Both the position numbers and the translations under genes were made by a program. The notes beneath the pieces are model-generated. The model worked only from the letters and a program-made list of their open reading frames with translations, was not told where the DNA came from and searched no databases. DNA of 64,000 nucleotides, taken from the NCBI GenBank assembly GCA_038087875.1, contig JAXLNO010000349.1, forward strand, positions 1 through 64,000. The letters run 5' to 3'. Source of the DNA: Malacoraja senta. Taxonomy: Eukaryota. Of the stretch, positions 50,216-62,409 are shown in pieces (positions within the stretch are counted from its first letter, which is position 1; each line of letters opens with the position of its first letter).

Positions 50216-50438
50216 TTTAAAGGGAAAAGATGAGTTGCCGCTAGGATTTGGACCCAAAGATGCAACTGCGATTCCAGGTCTGACAAAATATTAAAAAATC
50301 TTCAGCAAATTATTCAAAATGACAATTCCTGTCACTGTGAATGACACACACCTATAGGGACAATGTTGGCGGGAAATCTGAAGAGAAAGTAAATTGCAGG
50401 TGAACTACAGTTTGTGTTGTGTAAACATCACCACTAAC

Positions 50439-51827
50439 CAGGCACGTGCCGTCAGGGTAGGTAAGGGAGGCACTGCCTACCCTGACTAAAATTATAAAAT
50501 GGTAATAACTAAATATAAATAGTAAAGGCATGGGAGAATTATGCCTATCTAAGGGATCGATCTCTTAGGTAGGCATAATTCTCCGTGCCTTACATCCGCA
50601 GCGCTTGTAACCCTTGAAGGTCTGTGCAGCCCACGTGCCGTCAGCGCTGCTTCAAGCCGTCAATTTCAACGGAGCTGAAGGTAGCAGAAATTCTGCCTTT
50701 GCAGCACTGGGCAGCAGCAGCCTACTGCACATGCGCAGCGCTAGTTTCTTGGCGGGGTTTTTAAAAACGGATTGTCAATATTTTAAGTATCTTAGGAAAC
50801 AAAGAGAGAAGAATGGAGTTTGTGTACCGATAATGTGGTAAGTACATTTTGTGTTTATGTTTCTAAATACCGTATTTCCCGGGGTGTGGGGGAGGAGAGA
50901 TTCTTTCACAGAGTTTGGAGAGTCTGGCCTGGGGTAAAGTTGCGGGGAGGGCATGAATGTTGTGAAGGAGGGGTCGGGATCATGCCACTTGCAACGCTCC
51001 TTGCACGAAGCCACCGCATTGAGGCCGGGGGGAGAAGTAGCTCGGGTGGCTGCGAGCGGCCGCCGGGCTGGACAGCGGAACCGGCCGCCACCTTAGCTCC
51101 TTCTGCCGGCCCCCGCTCACCTCTGGCAGCTCTCCGTCTAAAAACCTCTCTCCTGCCGCTCGCTGGCCTCACTCATGTCAGGTTGAGGTTGAGGTTACTC
51201 GGTTGTGGGAATTTAAGGATTTGCAGGAAGCTGCTGATATGAGCGAGCGGCAGGTGCGAGGTGTTCAGACGGAGAGCACTGGGTGAGGTGAGCGGGCCGG
51301 CAGAAGGCGCTGAAGTTACGGCCAGTTCTGCTGTTGGCTCCCGGTGGCCGCTCGCAGCTCCCCGAGCTGCTTCTATCCCTGGCTACAATGCGGTGGCTTC
51401 GCGCCCGGAGCGCCGCAGCAGCGGTGAGTGAGTGAGTTACTGGCATTATCCCCGACCCCCTCCTTCTCAACACTCCTGCCCTCCCCGCAACTTTACCCCT
51501 GGCACAGACTCTCCACACGCTGTGAAAGGAACTCTCCCCCCAATTGGTCCCTTGAACAAGTGTTGTCATTCAATTAGATGACAACTGATTCAACTTTTCC
51601 CTGTACTCCCGTTTTTCCCACCATCTCTCCACCTGCCATCACCCTTCACCCCCCACCCATTCAGTAATTCAGAATAAAGAAACTTGGAAACCTTGGGCAA
51701 ATTGAATTGTTACTGTCTTTAGTTTTATTTTTATTTTTACGGAGAGAACAATCTGCGCATGCGCGGTTTAATTTTTTTTAAGCTGACTGACTGCCTACCT
51801 TGAGTAATTACTCACGGCACATGCCTG
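50439..51827. mobile_element. non-autonomous hAT-type DNA transposon
   Basis: TIR caggcacgtgccgt / acggcacatgcctg; perfect 8-bp TSD ccactaac (50431-50438, 51828-51835). Confidence 0.9.
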
Positions 51828-54784
51828 CCACTAACGTAGGACTCCGGCTGGGCACGGTTCAATTTAACTCGTTGACATGAGTGGGCTTAGTGATTGCTTT
51901 GTCAATCTGGAGACCAACAACATTCTTGTTCAAATGTTTTGGGACCAGAGACGAGGGGCCGGCTGTGTATTGGGAAGAAGTCAGTGGGGTGGGAGACTGG
52001 CTCTGGAGGGTGGGTGGAGTTGGGGTGATGGGCGAGGGGTGGGCGGTGCAAGTGGAAGTGGTGATGATAAAGGCAGTCTTTGTGGATTCATCACAAGCCA
52101 GGTTTACATCCGAGACGGAAAGACAGCAACTGGCTGATGGAAAGGAATCACAAGGCCAGGTGAGGAAAGTTTTGTGAATATAATCTTTTAACAGGATGGC
52201 CAGTGTTCAGTTTACTAGTTGCTCTGAGATGCTTCTTGCCTACTCAGTCACGCGTCTAAACATTTTTCAGGTACTGATTAGAATTTGGAAATGTTATCAA
52301 AGTGGGTAACGAAATGGGGTAAAATCTGTGGTTTGGAGCAGTTCCGGTGTCCACTAGAGATGTAGTAATGATGCAAAGTTTAACTTGCATTTAACTGTAA
52401 ATTGGAGCCCTTTCCCCTGTCTCAGTCTGAAGAAGAGTCTCGACCTCAATCCTGTTTCCAGAGATGTTGTCTGACCCGCTGAGGTACTCCAGCTTCTTTT
52501 TGTCTATCTTGGGCCTAGGGTGTGATTGCTTTATCAATCGGGCTCTGCCCCGGCAACTAAACCTTTGCCCACATGTTTTGGGACCGGGGACAGGAGGGTG
52601 GGCACTGTGCTTTTGGTGTGTATTGGGAAGAAGTCCGTGGGGTGGGATGACTTGCTCTGGAGGGTGGGCAGAATTCTGCCATTGCCAGTCCCTGACTGTA
52701 TCATTGGGCCGGGGGTTGGGGCGATGGGCGGGAAGTGGTGGTGCAAAGTACAAGAGTAATCATAAGGATGAATCAAGCCTTTGTGGATTCAACGCGAGAC
52801 AGCAGCTGGCTGATGGAGGGGAAAGACAGGGAAAACAGGATGGCTCATGTTCAGTTTACAAGTTGCTCACAGATGACTCTTGCTTTTGCAGAGATGTGCG
52901 TCTAAAAATTCTTAAGATGGTGATTGGAATTTTGAAATTTAATCAAATGAAAAGAGGGGAAAAATCTGTGGTCTGGTGCAGTTCAGGTGTGTTCTGTTGC
53001 AAAGTTTTGCTTGTATTTAACTGTAAGCTGGAACTGTAGGACTTCTTTGAATGAATTCTTTGAAAAGAGTGAAAACAATCTCATCACAAGGATTGGATTG
53101 CTGAAAGCAACACTGGTGTGCTTGACAGTTTATCTATCTGAAGAAGTATAACTATCCACACTGCTTGTTTTCAGTGGCATGACTGTGGTTCCCTGTATTT
53201 GTGTGAAACAAGCCGTTGACTTTCTGTCTACACAGGGCTTCAAGTAGTTCACCCATTTTGGGAAACGTTGAATTTGTGCTGTTCTCTGACTTTTATAGTT
53301 GACCATGAATCAATTGTTTCTGTTCCTTTGTAGAAACAAGAAACTGTAGATGCTGGTTAATCCACTAAAGGGGACAAAGTGCTGGAGTAAACCAGCAGGC
53401 CAGGCAGCATCTCTGGAGCACATGAGGTGTTGTTTTCGGTTGGGAACCTTCTTCAGTTCAGACTGAGTTTCTCCAGCACATTGTGTCCTTTCCCTTCTGT
53501 TCCTTTGTTCACTGCTACGCTGTTACTCTATCTAGAGGGGAGAATGGGTTGGGAGAAAGGTAGTTCAGCCATTATTGAATGGCGGAGTGGTATTTGAAGG
53601 GCCGAATGGCCTGATTCTGCTCCTATAATAATGAACGTGCTGGGCCCTGGGCAATTGCCTGTTGTGAATTGCATGTCAGGAAATGGATATTCCAAATGCT
53701 CGTATTTGCACGGTTTGAAGCAACTGCAATCTTTTGCTTTTCTCCATCTTGTTTTGTGACAGTTGATGATGCTTTGATTTTGGTGAACAAAGATTCATGT
53801 CACCATCAATGGTTGCCTTCAGTGTTTAGTGTTGATTATGAGGATTATGTGTGGTGCCTTTACTAAGAGCTGTTTGGATTTAGACCCAAAGATTTTAATG
53901 ACAAAAAGCTTAAAAAAGATACTTCAGTACAATTGTTCAATGTCACAACTGCCAGCACTCAATGAAGTCACAACTAGCAGGATAATGCAGGCTGGCAATC
54001 TGAACAGAAAGTAAGTTGTTTGTGAATTACAGTTCACATCTGTAGACATCAGCGCTAACGTAGGATGTCATACCTCTGCAATAATTCTAATGATCCAGTA
54101 CCAACCTGATTTCCCCAATCTACATGCATTGAAATCCATACATGCATATTGAAGTCACATTGCCTTGCTTACATGCCGATTATACAGGGCTGCCAACTCT
54201 CACGCTTTCAGCGTGAGAATCACGCCTTGGAGCAAATTCTCACGCCCTCACGCTCATGACCGAGTTCTCACGCTGAGTTCAGTGCCTGCACAGTTTGTCC
54301 CTTTGCGCCGCGTGCCAGGGATCTGCACGGTCTGGGGAAGCGCGTCTGTTGCCGGCTGTGAGTGACGTCGCGTCTCTTCTCTCTTGGTTGGATTTGCAGC
54401 CGCCGGGTGTCAGCAGCTCTATGTGCCGGCTGTGAGCGCTGCGCTGCCGGCCGCCGCTGCAGCCTCGCTCCCTCCCTCCCTCCCTCCCTCCCTCCTGCCC
54501 TTCAACTCACACGGCAGCACCAGCGCCGCCAATCCACGCTGCACCGTGCCCGCCACACTCCCCATTGGGCAGCCGGGGAGAGAGAGGGAGGGGGGAAAGA
54601 GAGAAAGAGAGAGAGAGGGAAAGAAAAAAAAGGGAGGGATGGAGGCAAAGAGAGATAAGGGGAGGGAATGTAGAAAGGGGATGGAGGAAGGAAAGGAGAA
54701 AGTGGAGAAAGAGGGAGGGGAGGAAAGAGGGAAGGATGGGGGCAGGAGGGGGGAAGGGGAGGATGGAGGGAGTGGGAAGAAAAG

Positions 54785-55810
54785 GTGTGTGTGTGTGCTT
54801 GTGTGTCTGTCTCCCCGTGTGTGTCTCCTTGTGTGTGTGTGTCTCCCTGTGTGTGTGTCTCCCTGTGTGTGTGTGTGTCTCCCTGTGTGTGTGTGTGTGT
54901 GTGTGTGTCTCCCTGTGTGTGTGTGTGTGTGTATCCCTGTGTGTGTGTGTGTCTCCCTGTGTGTGTGTGTGTCTCCCTGTGTGTGTGTGTGTGTGTGTGT
55001 GTCTCCCTGTGTGTGTGTGTGTGTGTCTCCCTGTGTGCGTGTCTCCGTGTGTGTGTTTTTCCCTGTGTGTGTGTGTGTGTGTGTGTGTGTCTCCCTGTGT
55101 GTGTGTGTGTGTGTCTCCCTGTGTGTGTGTCTCCCTGTGTGTGTGTCTCCCTGTGTGTGTGTGTGTGTGTGTCTCCCTGTGTGTGTGTGTGTGTCTCCCT
55201 GTGTGTGTGTCTGCCTGTGTGTGTCTCCCTGTGTGTGTGTGTGTGTGTGTGTGTGTCTCCCTGTGTGTGTGTGTGTGTGTGTGTCTCCCTGTGTGTGTGT
55301 GTGTGTCTCCCTGTGTGTGTGTGTGTCTCCCTGTGTGTGTGTCTCCCTGTGTGTGTGTCTCCCTGTGTGTGTGTGTGTGTGTGTGTGTCTGCCTGTGTGT
55401 GTGTCTCCCTGTGTGTGTGTGTGTGTCTGCCTGTGTGTGTGTGTGTGTCTCCCTGTGTGTGTGTGTGTGTCTGCCTGTGTGTGTGTGTGTGTGTGTGTCT
55501 CCCTGTGTGTGTGTGTGTCTCCCTGTGTGTGTGTGTGTCTGCCTGTGTGTGTGTGTGTGTGTGTGTCTCCCTGTGTGTGTTTGTGTGTGTGTGTGTCTGC
55601 CTGTGTGTGTTTGTGTGTGTGTGTCTGCCTGTGTGTGTCTCCCTGTGTGTGTGTGTGTGTGTGTCTCCCTGTGTGTGTGTGTGTCTCCCTGTGTGTGTGT
55701 GTGTGTGTGTGTGTCTCCCTGTGTGTGTGTGTGTCTCCCTGTGTGTGTGTCTCCCTGTGTGTGTGTCTCCCTGTGTGTGTGTGTGTCTCCCTGTGTGTGT
55801 GTGTGTGTGC
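54785..55810. repeat. ~1-kb compound microsatellite [(GT)n CTCCCT]n
   Basis: Direct; source of all CV/HT-repeat ORFs. Confidence 0.97.
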
Positions 55811-56197
55811 GCAGGGCTGCCAACTCTCACGCATTGAGCGTGAGACTCACACATTTGACAAAGCTTTCATGCTCTCACGCTGATCACAAAATTATATAAT
55901 GAGAATAGGACCTGTTTTGCTTAACAAATAGTGTAGGAAGGAATTGCTGATGCTGGTTTAAACTGAAGATAGACACTAAAAACTAGAAAATCTCAGCAGG
56001 ACAGGCAGCATCTCTGGGGAGAAAGAATGGGTGATGTATCGAGTCGAGACCTTCAGTCTGAAGAGATTGAAAACCAGCCATAAAACACAATGACTGGACA
56101 TGTGTGTTATCCAACTAAGGGCAGAAATCAGAATCATGTGTTCATCTTTATTCACGTGACACCATAATAAATATATTACAGAAACAATAATGTAATG

Positions 56198-56403
56198 GGG
56201 TGGCACGGTGGCGCAGTGGTAGAGTTGCTGCCTTACTACCACATGGGTTTGCTCTGGATATTCCGGTTTCTCCCATATCCGAAAGAAGTGCAGGTTTGTA
56301 GGTTAATTGGCTTCTGTAAATTGCCCTTGGTGTGATGGATGGAATTGGTGTATGATAGATTGCTGGTCGGTGTGGACTTTCTGGGCGGAAGGGCCTGTTT
56401 CCA
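56198..56403 (+). mobile_element. HE1-type SINE, deleted
   Basis: ggtggcacggtggcgcagtggtagagttgctgcc head and gggcctgtttcc tail. Confidence 0.75.
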
Positions 56404-56706
56404 TATATATTTTTACATATATATCTTAATTTCATTGAACCATATATGATTGAATATGTGGCATTATTTTCGTCTTGTTTCTATATTCAAAGGGTAAGGT
56501 TGAAACCGTCTGAAGAAGGATTTCGGCCCGAAACGTTGCCTATTTCCTTCGCTCCATAGATGCTGCCGCACCCGCTGAGTTTCTCCAGCAATTTTGTCTA
56601 CCTTTGATTCTCCAGCATCTGTAGTTCCTTCTTGAACAAGGTTGATTGATTTATTTGTACAGAACGGTGATGGAAGTTCAACTTTTGCTTTGTTTCTCTG
56701 AGTTTT

Positions 56707-56771
<65 letters not shown>

Positions 56772-56921
56772 GTAACAGCATGAATATAATCTGATTTCCA
56801 TATATGAATACAGTCATTCATGTACTGCACCTGTTGATCAGAGCCTGGCTCTATTGTGGAATGTAATTAGGAATGTAATTTAGCCTAACCTTATTCATAC
56901 GTAATCCAATTCAAAGCATAA

Positions 56922-58050
56922 ATAGAAACATAGAAACATAGAAATTAGGTGCAGGAGTAGGCCATTTGGCCCTTCGAGCCTGCACCGCCATTCAATATGA
57001 TCATGGCTAATCATCCAACTCAGTATCCTGTACCTGCCTTCTCTCCATACCCCCTGATCCCTTTAGCCACAAGGGCCACATCTAACTCCCTCTTAAATAT
57101 AGCCAATGAACTGGCCTCGACTACCCTCTGTGGCAGAGAGTTCCAGAGATTCACCACTCTCTGTGTGAAAAAAGTTTTTCTCATCTCGGTTTTAAAGGAT
57201 TTCCCCCTTATCCTTAAGCTGTGACCCCTTGTCCTGGACTTCCCCAACATCGGGAGCAATCTTCCTGCATCTAGCCTGTCGAACCCCTTAAGAATTTTGT
57301 AAGTTTCTATAAGATCCCCTCTCAATCTCCTAAATTCTAGAGAGTATAAACCAAGTCTATCCAGTCCTTCTTCATAAGACAGTCCTGACATCCCAGGAAT
57401 CAGTCTGGTGAACCTTCTCTACACTCCCTCTATGGCAATAATGTCCTTCCTCAGATTTGGAGACCAAAACTGTACGCAATACTCCAGGTGTGGTCTCACC
57501 AAGACCCTGTACAACTGCAGTAGAACCTCCCTGCTCCTATACTCAAATCCTTTTGCTATGAATGCTAACATACCATTCGCTTTCTTCACTGCCTGCTGCA
57601 CCTGCATGCCTACCTTCAATGACTGGTGTACCATGACACCCAGGTCTCGTTGCATCTCCCCTTTTCCTAATCGGACACCATTTAGATAATAGTCTGCTTC
57701 CTGTTTTTGCCACCAAAGTGGATAACTTCACATTTATCCACATTATACTGCGTCTGCCATGCATTTGCCCACTCACCCAGCCTATCCAAGTCACCTTGCA
57801 GTCTCCTAGCATCCTCCTCACAGCTAACACTGCCCCCCAGCTTAGTGTCATCCGCAAACTTGGAGATGTTGCATTCAATTCCCTCGCCCAAATCATTAAT
57901 ATAAATTGTAAATAGCTGGGGTCCCAGCACTGAGACTTGCGGTACCCCACTAGTCACTGCCTGCCATTGTGAAAAGGACCCGTTTACTCCTACTCTTTGC
58001 TTCCTGTTTGCCAGCCAGTTCTCTATCCACATCAATACTGAACCCCCAAT
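56922..58050 (-). mobile_element. CR1 LINE RT 3' part
   Basis: [26 protein letters not shown], (catagaaa)n tail on plus strand. Confidence 0.92.
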
Positions 58051-58264
58051 GTTGCATTCAATTGCAAGTTAAAAGACTCGCTACAGTGTGCACCAGATTG
58101 CACAATTTCAAGCTGAAAAATGCAAAAGCTCCCAACCATGGGAGGGGGACACCCCCCTCCCACACCCTCACCCCTCCCACCCCACCCCCCCGGTCGCTAC
58201 GCTCCCTCGCAATTTCTCACTCTCAACTCTCACCCAATGTTGGCAGCCCTGCTATTCCCCCTTT

Positions 58265-59100
58265 TAAGTGACTACAATGGGAGTGCCAGCAGTCAAGATG
58301 GCCGCCTCCCTGGGATTCATCTCCCTTTGACTTCAATGGAAGCGCCCTGATCAAAGGTGGCCGCCACCCTGGGCTTCACCTCCCATTGACTTCAATGGGA
58401 GTGCCCTGACTAAAGATGGCCGCCTCCCTGGACTTCACCTCTCTTTGACTTCAATGGAAGCGCCCTGACGAAAGATGGCCGCCTCCCTGACCTCAGATCA
58501 TTGCCTTAAATGGAAGTGCCCTGATCAAATATGGCCGTCCCCTGGCTTCACCTCCCATTGATTTCAATGGAAGTGCCCTGACCAAAGATGGCCGCCTCCC
58601 TGACCTCACCTCCCTTTGACTTCTGTGTGCCATGACCAAAGATGGCCGTCTCCTTGGAGAGGAGAGGGAAAAGAGATAGAGAAGGAGAGAGAGAGAGAAA
58701 GAAGGGAAGGAGAAGAGGAAGCCAGAGGAGGGGAGAGAGAGAAAGAGAAAGAAAGAGGTAGAGAGAGAGAAAAAAAAAATGAAGGCTGCCAGTAGCTAAG
58801 ATGGCCGTCCACGGCTTCATTCTTATTGACTTCAATGGAAGCCTGCCAGTAACTAAGATGGCCGCCCAGAACATCACGTCCCTTTGACTTCAATGTCAGT
58901 GCCTTGACCAAAGATGGACGCCTCCCTGGGCTTCACTCCCATTGACTTCAATGGAACACTGCCAGTAGCTACGATGGCCGCCCGGGGTTTCACTGTCAAT
59001 GGACTGCAACAGCAGACTGCCGGTAAACAAGATGGCCGCCTGCAGCTCCACAGGGAAATGCCAGCATCCAAAATGGCTTCACTCTCATTAACTTCAATGG
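58265..59100. repeat. ~58-60-bp tandem array with AAGATGGCCGCC and cattgacttcaatg palindrome
   Basis: About 12 units visible, interrupted by a purine tract at 58655-58780. Confidence 0.85.
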
Positions 59101-59126
59101 CAGGCTGCCTGTAGACAAAGTGTTTA

Positions 59127-61085
59127 GTGACAAGTGTAGAATCTCTTGCGGCTGCAAGGAAAAGTGCCCGGGGAGGGGGCGGTGCGGGAGGGAAGGGAAG
59201 AATTGACCGGGGAGTTACGGAGGGAGCGGTGTTTGCGGAAAGCAGACGGGGGGGGGAGATGGGAAGATGTGGCGAGTGGTGGGGTCACGTTGGAGGTGGC
59301 GAAAATGTGTTGTATGTGACGGTTAGTGGGGTGGAAGGTGAGGACTAGGGGGATTCTGCCCTTGTTACGAGTGACAAGTGTAGCATCTCTTGCGGTACCG
59401 AACTTATTTCCACATACCTCGACTCCATCCTATCCCCCTTGGTTAAATCCCACCCTACCTATGTTCAAGACACCTCAGACACTCTCCGTCGTCTCCGGGC
59501 ATTCCATTCTCTAGGCCCCCATCCCATCATCTTCACCATGGATGTCCAGTCACTCTACACCTCCATCCCCCACCAGGAGGGTCTCAAAACCCTCTGGTTC
59601 TTCCTCGACCGGAGAACCAACCAATCCCCATCTACAGATACTCTCCTCCACCTCACGGAGCTGGTCCTTACCCTTAATAACTTTTTGTTTGACTCCTCCC
59701 ATTTCCTCCAAATACAAGGCGTAGCTATGGGCACATACATGGGCCCCAGCTATGCCTGCCTCTTTGTAGGATACGTCGAACAATCCTTGTACGAGGCGTA
59801 CCAGGGCCCCATCCCCGACCTTTACCTCCGCTACATCGACGATTGCATTGGTGCTACCTCCTGCACCCACACACAACACACTGACTTCATCCGCTTCACC
59901 ACTAACTTCCATCCGGCACTCAAATACACCTGGACCATTTCCGACACTTCCCTACCATTCCTTGACCTCACTATCTCCATCGCAGGTGATAGACTTCTGA
60001 CCGACATCCACTACAAACCTACTGACTCCCATGGCTTTCTGGACTACACTTCTTCCCACCCTGCTGCCTGTAAGGACTCCATCCCCTACTCCCAATTCCT
60101 CCGTCTACGCCGCATCTGCACCCAGGATGAGGTGTTCCACAACAGGGCATCGGAAATGTCGTAATTCTTCAGGGAACAGGGGTTCCCCTCCCCTACTATA
60201 GATGAGGCTCTCACCAGTATCTCTTCAATACCCCGTAACACTGCTCTCTCTCCCCATCCCCCCACTTGTAACAAGGGCAGAGCCCCCCTAGTCCTCACCT
60301 TCACCCCACTAGCCGTCACATACAACAAATAGTCCTTCGTCATTTTCGCTACCTCCAACGTGACCCCACCACCTTCATATCACTTCACCTGTTGGCTTTC
60401 CGCAGAGACCGATCCCTCCGTAACTCCCTGGTCAATTCTTCCCATCCCACCCAAACCACCCCTTCTCCGGGCACTTTCACTTGCAACCACAAGAAATGCT
60501 ACACTTGTCGCTTTACCTCCCCCCTTGACTCCATTCAAGGACCCAAGCAGTCGTTCCAGGAGCGACAGAGGTTCACCTGCACCTCCTCCAACCTCATCTA
60601 TCGCATCCGCTGCTCTAGATGTCAGCTGATCTACATCGGTGAGACCAAGCGTAGGCTTGGCGATCGCTTTGCCCAACACCTCCGCTCGGTCCGCATTAAC
60701 CAACCTTATCTCCCGGTGGCTCACAACTTCAACTCCCCCCCCCCCCCCCCATTCTGAATCCGACCTTTCTGTCCTGGGCCTCCTCCATGGCCAGAGTGAG
60801 GACCACCGCAAATTGGAGGAGCAGCACCTCATATTTCGCTTGGGCAGTTTGCACCCTAGCGGTATGAACATTGACTTCTCTAATTTCAGGTAGTCCCTAC
60901 TTTTTCCTCCCATTCTCAGCTCTCCCTCAGCCCACTGGCTTTTCCTCTTCCTTTCTTCTTCCCGCCCTCCCCCCCAACCTCACTTCAGTCTGAAGAAGGG
61001 TTTCGAGCCGAAACGTTGCCTATTTCCTTCGCTCCATAGATGCTGCCTCACCCGCTGAGTTTCGCCAGCATTTTGTCTACCTGTC
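59127..61085 (+). mobile_element. Penelope-like retroelement (RT + GIY-YIG endonuclease), 5'-truncated with inverted 5' segments
   Basis: RT 59439-60164 (MDVQSLYT, GVAMG, YLRYIDD, LPFLD); GIY-YIG NLIYRIRCSRCQLIYIGETKRRLGDRFAQH; 59127-59397 is an inverted homologue of roughly 60260-60510; stop at 60164 and frameshifts. Confidence 0.92.
60988..61020 (+). ncRNA. minimal type I hammerhead-ribozyme-like motif at the Penelope 3' terminus
   Basis: CUGAAGA-A-stem II-GAAA-CG-UU; core intact, stems II and I weak. Confidence 0.55.
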
Positions 61086-61104
61086 ATTTTTATACCTTTT
61101 GGTT

Positions 61105-62235
61105 TCTTCGAGCCAGCACCGCCATTTATTGTGATCATGCCTAATCTTCCCCAATCACTACCCCGTTCCTGCCTTCTCCCCATATCCCCTGACTATCTTT
61201 AAGAGCCCTATCGAGCTCTCTCTTGAAAGCATCCAGAGAACCGGCCTCCACTGCCCTCTGAGGCAGAGAATTCCACAGACTCACAGCTCTCTGTGTGAAA
61301 AGGTTTCTCCTCATCGCAGTCCGAAATGGCCACAGATTCACAACTCTCTGGGTGGAAAAGTTTCTCCTCATCTCAGTCCTAAATGGGCACAGATTCAAAA
61401 CTCTCTGGGTGGAAAGGTTTCTCCTCATCTCCATTCTAAATGGCTTGCCCCTTATTCTTAAACTGTGGCCTTTGGTTCTGAACTCCCCCAACATCGGGAA
61501 CATGTTTCCTGCCTCTAGCGTGTCCAAACCGTTAACAGTCTTATATGTTTCAATAAGATACCCTCTCATCCTTCTAAACTCCAGAGTGTACAAGCCCAGC
61601 CCCTCCATTCTCTCAGCATATGACAGTCCTGCTATGACGGGAATTAACCTGGTGAACCTACGCTGGGCTCCCTCAATAGCAAGAATGTCCTTCCTCAAGT
61701 TTGGAGACCAAAACTGCACACATAACTCCAGGTGTGGTCTCACCAGGGCCCTGTACAACTGCAGAAGGACCTTTTTGCTCCAATACTCAACTCCTCTTGT
61801 TATGAAGGCCAACATGCCATTCGCTTTCTTCACTGCCTGCTGTACCTGCATGCTTACTTTCATTGACTGATGAACAAGGACCCCCCAGATCCCAGACATG
61901 CTGGAGGCAGGAAACATGTTCCTGATGTTGGGGGAGTCCAGAACCAGGGGCCACAGTTTAAGAATAAGGGGTAAGCCATTTAGAACGGAGACGAGGAAAC
62001 ACTTTTTCACCCATAGAGGTGTGAGTCTGTGGAATTATCTGCCTCAGAGGGCGGTGGAGGCAGGTTCTCTGGATGCTTTCAAGAGAGAGCTTGATAATGC
62101 TCTTAAAGATAGCGAAGTCAGGGGATATGGGGAGAAGGCAGGAACGGGCTACTGATTGGGGATGAACAGCCATGATCACATTGAATGGCGATGCTGGCTG
62201 GAAGGGCCGAATGGCCTACTCCTGCACCTATTGTC
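61105..62235. mobile_element. two CR1 3' ends joined head-to-head (minus 61105-61885, plus 61888-62235)
   Basis: CR1 ORF2 C-termini on opposite strands; 63-bp unit triplicated at 61270-61445. Confidence 0.85.
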
Positions 62236-62237
62236 TA

Positions 62238-62409
62238 TTGAAGTGTGTGATTCATGGACATCACCAGTTGCTGGGTGTCTTCTCTGGTGATGGTCTGCCA
62301 TGCCTGCATTGCAGCCATCTTTAAGCTGATGCTTGTTTTGGGGGCTTGTCCCCTTTACTTTTCTCTTCAGCATATAAAAGGCACGTTCCATTGGGTTCAG
62401 ATCGGGTGA
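62238..62409 (-). mobile_element. Tc1/mariner transposase C-terminal fragment
   Basis: SPDLNPMERAFYMLKRKV...AW..I....Q.LV.SM (SPDLNPIE motif). Confidence 0.8.

Larger units (their letters stand above)
54185..58251. mobile_element. hAT-like ends (cagggctgccaac at 54185 and 55812; gttggcagccctg at 58251) enclosing microsatellites and retro-insertions
   Basis: Matching terminal motifs, but no TSD pair identified. Confidence 0.5.

Noticed and set aside
54384..55899. 350-500 aa Cys/Val- or His/Thr-rich ORFs
   Set aside because: Translations of a (GT)n compound microsatellite.
58265..59100. CRISPR-like appearance of regularly spaced repeats (also 62420-62750, 27352-27420)
   Set aside because: Spacers are homologous to each other, the context is eukaryotic and no cas genes are present; ordinary tandem repeats.
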